Source: Thermoplasmata archaeon (lineage in GTDB: Archaea > Thermoplasmatota > Thermoplasmata > GCA-020350865). From it: 64,000 nucleotides of DNA. Of this stretch, positions 26,872 to 34,583 are shown in pieces (within the stretch, counting starts at the first letter, position 1; every line of letters begins with the position of its first letter). The stretch is from the NCBI GenBank assembly GCA_020348445.1, contig CP070751.1, forward strand, positions 2,712,750 to 2,776,749, read 5' to 3'. The position numbers and the translations under genes are program-made. The notes below the pieces were generated by a model. It made no database searches and was not told the origin of the DNA. It worked only from the letters and a program-made list of their open reading frames with translations.

Positions 26872-27447
26872 ATGCTGAAGGTTTTGGGAATTTTAGGCAG
26901 CCCAAGATATGGTGGAAATTCTGATATGCTCCTGGATAGCGCCTTAGAAGGAGCCAAGGAAGGAGGGGCTGAAGTCGAGAAAATCAGATTATGTGATTTA
27001 AAAATATCACCGTGTATAGAATGTCATGGCTGCGATGAGACCGGGGAATGTATTGTAGAGGATGATATGCAGATACTGTACCCGAAAATTGTTGCATCTG
27101 ATAGATTGTTTCTTGCCTCACCTATATTCTTTATGAATGTTTCTGCACAGACAAAAGCCATGATAGACAGATGCCAGTGTATCTGGGTAAGAAGGTACGT
27201 CCTTAAACAGACTATAGGAAAGGGAAGGGAACATAGGAAAGGATTTTTCTTAGCAGTGGGTGGCTCCAAAAACCCTGAGAAATTCATGGGAGCCGAAAAA
27301 ACTATCAGAGCTTTTTTTGCTACCTTGGACTTCACTTATGAGAAGGATCTGCTGATTGCGGGTGTTGATGAGATGGGGGGAATAATAAAGCATCCTTCTG
27401 CTTTGGATGATGCAAGGAACCTCGGGAGGGAGATTGCCTCAGTATAA
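26872..27447 (+). CDS. Iron-sulfur flavoprotein (Isf) / NADPH-dependent FMN reductase family
   Basis: GSPRYGGNS, compact CIECHGC....C cluster motif, ASPIFF, KAMIDR. Confidence 0.85.
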   Translation: MLKVLGILGSPRYGGNSDMLLDSALEGAKEGGAEVEKIRLCDLKISPCIECHGCDETGECIVEDDMQILYPKIVASDRLFLASPIFFMNVSAQTKAMIDRCQCIWVRRYVLKQTIGKGREHRKGFFLAVGGSKNPEKFMGAEKTIRAFFATLDFTYEKDLLIAGVDEMGGIIKHPSALDDARNLGREIASV

Positions 27448-27498
27448 ATTTTTTAGATGAGCACAGATCCATTTAAAAAAAACCTTTAAAGAAAAATT

Positions 27499-27670
27499 GG
27501 GTGAGGTCGAATTTGACGGATTGGAGCTAGGATAAAACTCTCCGAATGATTTGCTATTTCTGTTATGCAAATCGGAAGTATGAGCCTGAAGTCAGTATCA
27601 TACCTCAAACGAGCGCCGAGGAGTTGGGGAATATCTTTCTCCAATCTATCGTCTTCTTCTGACCTCACCT
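27499..27670. ncRNA. Candidate structured non-coding RNA (Y-shaped, about 172 nt), family unknown
   Basis: Nested helices paired by hand: 27499-27508/27661-27670, 27515-18/27650-53, 27519-26/27639-46, 27529-34/27632-37, 27536-41/27620-25, closing hairpins 27548-54/27567-73 and 27578-83/27598-603. Confidence 0.55.
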
Positions 27671-28000
27671 CCTATTGCCTGAGATAGGATATTGATAGTG
27701 TTTCCCTAGAAAATCTATGCTTTAGTTTCCATATCGTGTAGGAGTTGAATCCTCACTTTATGGGGTTGTTATTTCCTCATGAATAGCTAACGGCTCGCTG
27801 TCCCTTGTCAACCAAAGTCGGTATCTGCTTTTTTCTTCAATTACTAAATGTCCTCATGAACATATAAAGTTTACGCATTTTAAATGACAGAACCTGGAGA
27901 TTACCTGGCTGAAAACCCAGATATTCGGTGTTTTGAGGAATTTATTAAATCCACACCCTACCAGAAAGAATATATCTCTGTAGTGTTTGATGAGGAAGTG

Positions 28001-28522
28001 ATGTTGATATCCTTAAGCGGAACCCCTGGAGTAGGAAAAACCACGGCATCTCTGATATTAAAGAAAAGAGGACATAAAATAGTTGACCTTAATCAGCTTG
28101 CAGAGGAAAACGAATTTGTGGTTGGATTTGATGATAAACGTGGCTCTAAGATAATAGACGTCGAGCGGCTTGACGATTTTATTTGCGAACATTTCACGAA
28201 GGAAAAAACCATTATCGAGGGTCATCTGTCCCACCTACTTTCTGTGGATATTGCGATTATCCTAAGATGTGATCCCATTGTATTGGAGGAGAGATTAAAG
28301 AGGAAAGGATGGCCCGAGGCAAAAATAAAAGAAAATGTGGGAGCTGAAATACTGGATGTGATCAAAGTCGAGGCTTTCGAGGTTGTGGACAAGGTCTATG
28401 AGATTGACACAACAAGTAAAACTCCATTGGAGGTAGCTAAGGTTTGTGAAAATATCCTCGAGGGTATTTACGAGGAGCCCAAGATCAACTGGCTGGATAA
28501 ATACGAGCACCTACTGTTTTGA
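28001..28522 (+). CDS. Adenylate kinase, archaeal AK6/Fap7-like family
   Basis: ISLSGTPGVGKTT P-loop, IIEGHLSH, ILRCDP.VLEERL, KIKENVGAE; true start at 28001 (or GTG 27998). Confidence 0.88.
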   Translation: MLISLSGTPGVGKTTASLILKKRGHKIVDLNQLAEENEFVVGFDDKRGSKIIDVERLDDFICEHFTKEKTIIEGHLSHLLSVDIAIILRCDPIVLEERLKRKGWPEAKIKENVGAEILDVIKVEAFEVVDKVYEIDTTSKTPLEVAKVCENILEGIYEEPKINWLDKYEHLLF

Positions 28523-28527
28523 TTAAT

Positions 28528-29826
28528 TCACCTTAGCCATGCAAAATCCGAGCCCTCTAAAAGGGCGTGAATGACAACTATGGCAACAGCAGCAATTGTT
28601 AATATTAAATGAAGTCTACTCCACGTATCCATACCCAACCGTTTTTTAAGTGGCTTTTGCTGCCACCCTAAATATCCCAATGCAGTTAGAGCTAGGAATG
28701 CGGTGGTACCAAGTGCCAATCCCTTGAGGCTTCTGGCATGAGGGCTGAATGGTAACATTATCCCATGCAGCAAAGATAAGAAGATTAAAACCAGGGATAC
28801 CCTGCAGTGCCATTTTATTCTGCTAGCTCTGCCACCTGTTACCTTTTCAATCCAAGAAGATATAGGCTTTAAATAACCACATAATCCAATGGATAATATA
28901 AGAAGAACACCAGATAAAAGTCCTGTTACCCTTTCCAATAAGAGGATACTTATTGAACCTTGAAATTCCTCTTTTGGAGGCTCGTATACATATTTGTCAC
29001 CCACCTTTAAATTGGACGATTTCTCAATGGTGTAGTCCTTGCTGTCGGTTGTCAGTGGATCCTCATTTTCGCTATGCTCATGATGTGCTGTTCCTGAAAC
29101 TGCAATGAGAACGGTGTTGTCTCCTTTTTCACTGGAGCTAAGAGGCCAGGTGAAGGTGTGTGATTCTCCAGAACCCAGATCCGGTCCTTTAAGAAGTTGT
29201 TGTTCCACACTGTATTCAACATCCATTGTGAGTGTGAACGATATGCTCGGGCCACCTATAAAATATGAAATCGTGACATCATAATCTCCCGCTCCTCCCC
29301 TCTCTAGTTCACCTGCATCGAGACTTATTTGTTCATCTGCTCCTGATTCCTCTGAAATCCATTCCTGGCCACTTGGGCTCGTCACTGCCAGATCGATATT
29401 GTTCCTTCCATGAAGGCCTTCATCTCCGTCCAAAATTATCTCAGCCCTGACAGCCCCGAAAGTAACAGGGAATGAATAGCTCTGTGTCCCACCAATGCCA
29501 ACTGAGCCACTCATCTCTTCATGATATGGTTCTCCACCCTCCATTGTAGCCTTTAAATTAGGAGCTTCAGATAGAATCATCACAGTCTGTAGTTTCTGGA
29601 CTTTATGCTCTCCAGTATTTCTGACGATCACTTTATATTCGAAATCATAGTTATCTGGAACCTCTTTGGGTGCATCTATGGTGACAGTGAACGCCTTAAA
29701 TTCGCTGTGGCAGTCTTCACAACCGTCATCCCCATATGAGATAGGGTTGGAAATACCTGCTGGAGATATGATGAATGCACAGAGAATAAGGATAGCCCCA
29801 AAGACCAATGCATGGCGTCTTTTCAT
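28528..29826 (-). CDS. Secreted CxxCH (heme c) domain + CARDB/PPC-like domains + 4-TM ferric-reductase-like (di-heme b) domain
   Basis: Signal peptide from MKRRHALVFG (ATG 29826); GCEDCH (29707-29721); His pairs 14 residues apart in two TM helices (WHCRV..LLH; RLHLI..VIH). Confidence 0.72.
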   Translation of the reverse strand: MKRRHALVFGAILILCAFIISPAGISNPISYGDDGCEDCHSEFKAFTVTIDAPKEVPDNYDFEYKVIVRNTGEHKVQKLQTVMILSEAPNLKATMEGGEPYHEEMSGSVGIGGTQSYSFPVTFGAVRAEIILDGDEGLHGRNNIDLAVTSPSGQEWISEESGADEQISLDAGELERGGAGDYDVTISYFIGGPSISFTLTMDVEYSVEQQLLKGPDLGSGESHTFTWPLSSSEKGDNTVLIAVSGTAHHEHSENEDPLTTDSKDYTIEKSSNLKVGDKYVYEPPKEEFQGSISILLLERVTGLLSGVLLILSIGLCGYLKPISSWIEKVTGGRASRIKWHCRVSLVLIFLSLLHGIMLPFSPHARSLKGLALGTTAFLALTALGYLGWQQKPLKKRLGMDTWSRLHLILTIAAVAIVVIHALLEGSDFAWLR

Positions 29827-30073
29827 GCCACTCGCAAACGAAATTACTTTATTTAAAGATTCGGAGGTAACTATAAAAGAATTCATAAAACAAATGCAAT
29901 TTTTGTTTAATTTGGTTTTGTTATTTGCTCCAATAAAAATATTAATGATAATCTCAATGCACATGGGAAATTCGTAGAAATATTACACACTCAAATCCGT
30001 TTAAAATAGTATAAAGAGGATAACTAAATGACTGTATCGTTAGGTTGTAGCAAGTTGGATAGAAGGTGGGCCC

Positions 30074-30631
30074 ATGAAGATTGGCGCTGTTCTGAGACAG
30101 AGTTTACCTTTACTTTTACTCTGCGGAATCGGCGAGGTCTTCGCAGGGATGCTCTTTGGGCACAGCGGCAAGTCCCTGGAAATCCTGCCTGGTTTGATCA
30201 TCCTGGTTCCCGCCTTGATTGGACTAAGAGGTAATATTAATACAACATTGGGCTCAAGATTGGGCAGTGCCGCCCACATGGGTTTAATATCGCATAAGAA
30301 CTTTTGGAATGACGAGATGAAGGAGAATGTTAAAGCTTCCCTTTTTTTAAGCGTTGTCATGGCTTTTATTGCAGGCCTTTTGGCAGCCATTACCACCTTC
30401 ATTATGAGGAGTTCATCATTTAATGTTGTAATGAAGATAGTCACAATTGCCGTAGTTGCAGGTTCCATTGCAGGTATAATTTTGGCGTTTATTACCATCG
30501 GGATAATAATGTACGCATTCAAAAGGGGCCTTGATCCTGATAATGTAACTGGTCCGTCCCTGTCCACATTCGGGGATTTAATCACCCTTGGCTGTATATT
30601 CGGCATTGCTTTTATTGTGGGGGGAATTTAG
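30074..30631 (+). CDS. MgtE integral-membrane domain protein (half 1)
   Basis: VPALIGLRGNINTTLGSRLGS and GLDPDNVTGPSLSTFGD motifs. Confidence 0.85.
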   Translation: MKIGAVLRQSLPLLLLCGIGEVFAGMLFGHSGKSLEILPGLIILVPALIGLRGNINTTLGSRLGSAAHMGLISHKNFWNDEMKENVKASLFLSVVMAFIAGLLAAITTFIMRSSSFNVVMKIVTIAVVAGSIAGIILAFITIGIIMYAFKRGLDPDNVTGPSLSTFGDLITLGCIFGIAFIVGGI

Positions 30632-31204
30632 ATGACAGTATACAACACCAAGAAGATAATGAAGGAGAGCATGCCCCTTCTTTCAATGCTTATCGCCCTG
30701 GAGATAGTTGGTGGTCAGATATTGAGCCAGAACGAGGATTTCCTGCTTAAGGCACCGATATTTCTTGTCATGATTCCAGTAATAAACGGTGTGGGTGGTA
30801 ATATAGGGAGTATCCTTGGAGCCAGGTTGTCATCTGGCCTTCATGTGGGGTCAATTGATCCTTCGCATTATGGTAAAGAACTACAGCAAAACGTGATAAG
30901 CATCATACTTCTTGGGATAATTTCTTATACCTCCCTTGCCATTTTTGTTTTGATAGTCACCCCACAGATGGGGATAAATATTGGGTCAAATGGACTTGAA
31001 ACCCTCTTAAAAGCAGGTTACATCATGATAGGTACCGGGTTGTTGCTTACTGCCATTGTAATAGTGATATCGGTGTTTGTGGCGAGATTTTCTTTTGAAA
31101 ACGGTTTTGATCCTGATAACACCGTTATACCCATTGTCACAACGTTGTGTGATGTACTGGGAATAATTTGTCTTATAATGATGATAGGGGTGGTAGGAGT
31201 ATGA
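30632..31204 (+). CDS. MgtE integral-membrane domain protein (half 2)
   Basis: IPVINGVGGNIGSILGARLSSGLH and GFDPDNTVIPIVTTLCD motifs. Confidence 0.85.
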   Translation: MTVYNTKKIMKESMPLLSMLIALEIVGGQILSQNEDFLLKAPIFLVMIPVINGVGGNIGSILGARLSSGLHVGSIDPSHYGKELQQNVISIILLGIISYTSLAIFVLIVTPQMGINIGSNGLETLLKAGYIMIGTGLLLTAIVIVISVFVARFSFENGFDPDNTVIPIVTTLCDVLGIICLIMMIGVVGV

Positions 31205-31872
31205 AATTACCATGGAAAAAGGAAGAATTCGAGCAAATAGAATACGAGCCAACAAGTGTGAAGGAGCTTCTCACCGAGATGAAGGATGTCTCCGAGCTCA
31301 TCGTGGATTTAGCCTATTCTGCAGTGGTCTTTGACAGCAAGGAGATAGGAGATGAGGTCAGTTATCTTGAATCAAAAATGGATAAGCTCAAGTACCAGAT
31401 AAGGTTGGCCTCCATGCTGGCAGCCAGAACTGTGGATGAGGCAGAGCAGTTGACTGGCATCCTTCAGGTGGCCTCAGCAGCAGAAACCATAGCAAATGCT
31501 GCGGGCGATATGGTGAAGCTTCTAGATATTGATATAGAATCAAGGCCTTTTATTCCTTCGATTCTCAAGGATGCTGACGAGAAGATCAACACGACAGTAA
31601 TTGAGAAATCATCCACAATATCCAATAAGACACTGGGTGAACTATCCTTGGAGTCTGAACTCGGAGTAAGAATAATCGCGCTCAGGCGTGTGAAAAAATG
31701 GATATACGACCCTGAGGGCGACATGAGATTGAAGGTCGGGGACAGGCTCATTGCAAGGGGTGTAATGGATGGATTCAATCTTCTGAAAAAGCTTGCAGAA
31801 GGGGAGATCACGTGGGATGCCCGGGAGGCTGAGATTGGAAAGAGCTCAGGTGGTGCGGGGGTGAAAAAATGA
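31201..31872 (+). CDS. PhoU-like + TrkA-C (RCK_C) domain protein
   Basis: LLTEMKDVSELIVDLAYSAV helical domain, then ISNKTLGEL.L....GVRIIALRR RCK_C; ATG 31201 overlaps the upstream stop. Confidence 0.85.
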   Translation: MKLPWKKEEFEQIEYEPTSVKELLTEMKDVSELIVDLAYSAVVFDSKEIGDEVSYLESKMDKLKYQIRLASMLAARTVDEAEQLTGILQVASAAETIANAAGDMVKLLDIDIESRPFIPSILKDADEKINTTVIEKSSTISNKTLGELSLESELGVRIIALRRVKKWIYDPEGDMRLKVGDRLIARGVMDGFNLLKKLAEGEITWDAREAEIGKSSGGAGVKK

Positions 31873-32447
31873 CAGAAAACTTAGAGGGGATGGAGGAGCA
31901 ATTCCTAGAACTAAAGGACACCTCTGAGCTTATGGTAGATCTTGCCTATTCAGCCCTATTATACGACAATGAGGAGATAGCAAAGGAGGTTCAGTTATTA
32001 GAGGAGCTCGTAGACAAGTTGAACTACAAGATCCAAAGAACTGCCTTTATGATCTCTTTGGATGACAAGAACGTGGATAAAGCATTGGCCATAATAAGAC
32101 TTGCAACCAGTATCGAAGCCATTGCAGATGCTGCAATGGAGATTGCCGATGTGGTCCTACGGGATATCGAGCCCCATCCTATTTTCAAGATGAGTGTAAT
32201 GGACTCTGATGTCATAATAACAAAAACCCCGGTTTCAAAATCTTCATTTTTAGCGAATAAAACCCTGGGTCAATCGAGACTAATGACTGATACAGGAATG
32301 TGGGTCATCGCAATAAAGCGTGGAAAAACATGGATATACGGACCTGATGAGAATACCAAAATAAAGAATGGGGATGTTCTTTTTGCAAGGGGCCCTAGGG
32401 AAGGGGAAAAAGAGTTTCTAAAGCTGACAAAAGGAAGAAAAAAATAA
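31869..32447 (+). CDS. PhoU-like + TrkA-C (RCK_C) domain protein, paralog
   Basis: LELKDTSELMVDLAYSAL; LANKTLGQSRL..TGMWVIAIKRG. Confidence 0.85.
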   Translation: MTENLEGMEEQFLELKDTSELMVDLAYSALLYDNEEIAKEVQLLEELVDKLNYKIQRTAFMISLDDKNVDKALAIIRLATSIEAIADAAMEIADVVLRDIEPHPIFKMSVMDSDVIITKTPVSKSSFLANKTLGQSRLMTDTGMWVIAIKRGKTWIYGPDENTKIKNGDVLFARGPREGEKEFLKLTKGRKK

Positions 32448-32560
32448 AAAGAGGGAGCGGTTTTATTAAGAAGTAACATTCATTTATCCCTTTTCATCAG
32501 AGAATCCAGAAAGAACTGCTTCAATAAAATAAAGATAGATTCTAGTAGACATGATGTCCA

Positions 32561-32632
32561 CATCCGATAAAATGGCTATTTAATTCCACCTCCCAAGAAT
32601 CTATGTGATTCTGGTAGTTTCTGTTTCGCTTC
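32561..32632 (-). pseudogene. 72-bp decayed duplicate of the C-terminal region of the PQQ/PKD gene (34855-34926)
   Basis: 61/72 identical by manual alignment; translates KRNRNYQNHIDSWEVELNSHFIGC vs KKNSDHWNHIEPWEVDLNSHFIGC, and stops shortly after. Confidence 0.75.
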
Positions 32633-32711
32633 CTCTATACCATTGCGATCGGTGAAATCCATATATGGGAACTCACTTGCTCGAAGCGGATAGTTGGAAA
32701 TTTATCACTTT

Positions 32712-33197
32712 CTAATATTTCCAACCTTGCTCTCTAAAGAATTCTATTAATGAAATACATTTCATATTATAATCTTTACAAACATCCGGTATTTTTGGCC
32801 GAGCAGTGGGATCAGTCCTTGGGTGTTCAGATGTTATGACTGTCCATTTTCTTGTTTTTGCTAAAGCAATTAGAAATGGATCTGCTTCTGGAATAGTCTT
32901 ATCAGGATCTATAAGTCTCTGGTATTTTGATGAAATAATACTGACTTCTTTAAGTTGTTCCTCATCTAAATCAATGAACATAGTTTTATGTTTCTTAGCC
33001 CATTCCAACATCTCATCATCAACTTTTTTAAGCTCATTATAAACTTCTTTTGGAGCGATTAATAATCTTTGTTTAATGAGAGCTTCAATATCTTTCCATA
33101 ATTTATTAAAAATATCTGGAGGATAAAATCTTCTCCATAAATCTATCAAGGCACATGTATCAATACAATAACCCTTGGTTAGCCTTGCTTGAATCAT
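32712..33197 (-). CDS. DUF4411-family PIN-like protein (putative toxin)
   Basis: YCIDTCALI..WRRFYPPDIF..LW, EVYNEL, ADPFLIALA, VITSE, KIPDVC. Confidence 0.88.
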   Translation of the reverse strand: MIQARLTKGYCIDTCALIDLWRRFYPPDIFNKLWKDIEALIKQRLLIAPKEVYNELKKVDDEMLEWAKKHKTMFIDLDEEQLKEVSIISSKYQRLIDPDKTIPEADPFLIALAKTRKWTVITSEHPRTDPTARPKIPDVCKDYNMKCISLIEFFREQGWKY

Positions 33198-34393
33198 GCA
33201 TTAACCTCAAGTAACTTCTCCACCTTAGGAAGATATTTGAGATGAATATCGAGGTAATCAGCCACATCACTGCAGGTGATCCTATCATTCTTATATGATT
33301 CTAAGACTAATGTAACGAATGGAGTTCCATTTTTTTGAATGCATTCTTTAGGCGGATCTCGCCGCCCTCCCGTTTTTTTCTCTTGCTCTCTTTTTGCTTT
33401 TGTTTCCCATTCACCATGTTTTCTTTGATAATATCTTCTCGATGTTCGCTTGAATAGGAGTAACCGCCTAAGAATCACTTCTGGACTTACATTAAAATCT
33501 TTAGCAATTTTCCCAAGGGTTCTACTAGACCATTCTTGGGGGGTGTTTATTCCCCTAACAAAGTCATGATTTAATAGATCCTCTTCGGGAACCAAAAATG
33601 AACCTGAAAAATGATTACAAAATATTTCAATTGCTCTTATTTCCCCAGATGAGGTGATGCGGTTTTTGGATTCCCAATTCTCTACTCTAATTGGATCACA
33701 TATCCCTCCCTTTTTTAAAAGAAGATGTCCGAATTCGTGCCAAAGAGAAAAGGTTCGACCTGTAATACTATCTTTTGTATTTAGAATAATAACTGGAATG
33801 TCACCATCAGTTAAAGAAAAAGCTCTTAATTCTTCGATAGGCATGGACATCTGAAATACCAACACACCGAGATTTTCAATTGACATTTTCCATTGATTAA
33901 ATGCATCAGTATGGTTCTCCCAGCTGAATTGTTGATGGACTGGGATGTTAATAATTTTCCTCACCTTCTTTGCTAAACTTTCCGGATTCGCTGAGAGTGT
34001 AACATGACCGATTTTCTTCATAATGTCGCTATGAAAATCGCTTTCTAGTTCCTTAGTCAAAGAATGAAGCCGTCTCGCTCTTCTAATTGCTAGTCTAGTT
34101 TTAGGAGAAACAGGTATTTTATCTTCTCCCGGTAATGTTCGAAAATCCTTAGGAAGCGGGGGTTCTTTTGGAGGCTCTGTTAAAAAAAACACTGCAAGCG
34201 GTCTCTTGTAATAAGTAGAAAGGGTTTTTACTTGGTTCAATGTGGGTTTTTTATCTCCCGATTCCCACATTTCTACCAGATTAGTGCTGATATTAAGCCT
34301 AGAGGCGACATCATTTATAGTCCTTCCAATACTCTCCCTTGCCCATATAAGGACCTTTGGTTTAACATCAACCTCTAAAGATTTTTTTGACAT
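33194..34393 (-). CDS. XRE-family HTH + ImmA/IrrE Zn-metallopeptidase
   Basis: LIWARES..DVASRL..WESGDKKPT HTH; FSLWHEFGH (HExxH); EIFCNHFSGSFLVP; ATG 34393 behind GGAGGG; overlaps DUF4411 by 4 bp. Confidence 0.9.
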   Translation of the reverse strand: MSKKSLEVDVKPKVLIWARESIGRTINDVASRLNISTNLVEMWESGDKKPTLNQVKTLSTYYKRPLAVFFLTEPPKEPPLPKDFRTLPGEDKIPVSPKTRLAIRRARRLHSLTKELESDFHSDIMKKIGHVTLSANPESLAKKVRKIINIPVHQQFSWENHTDAFNQWKMSIENLGVLVFQMSMPIEELRAFSLTDGDIPVIILNTKDSITGRTFSLWHEFGHLLLKKGGICDPIRVENWESKNRITSSGEIRAIEIFCNHFSGSFLVPEEDLLNHDFVRGINTPQEWSSRTLGKIAKDFNVSPEVILRRLLLFKRTSRRYYQRKHGEWETKAKREQEKKTGGRRDPPKECIQKNGTPFVTLVLESYKNDRITCSDVADYLDIHLKYLPKVEKLLEVNA

Positions 34394-34583
34394 AGCTATA
34401 TTCCCTCCAAATGCTGTTTCAGCTCCTATACACTCGGAATGGGCACACAGCTTTATCTTTTTATCGCTCCTCTCCTCAATTTGATATGTTTTTTCGCTAT
34501 AATCTGAATGCTCAAAAAAGCTATAAAATCGATTTTGGATTACCAAACCTCAACCTCATTTTAAGGCTTTGATGGGAGATACC

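Noticed and set aside
27578-27603. GTATGA-N14-TCATAC as a NikR box
   Set aside because: The canonical NikR spacer is 16 nt, the site is not in an obvious promoter, and it forms a hairpin of the RNA candidate.
27486-27668. 60-aa minus-strand ORF from the track as a CDS
   Set aside because: GTG start lies inside the SD sequence itself, there is no recognisable motif, and the region is better explained by RNA structure; kept only as a side hypothesis.
27499-27840. RNase P RNA or SRP RNA
   Set aside because: GAGGAAA and ACAGAAA occur on the minus strand, but the GAGGAAAGUCC core, CR-IV/CR-V and required spacing are missing; no SRP helix-8 motif or Alu-type 5' end.
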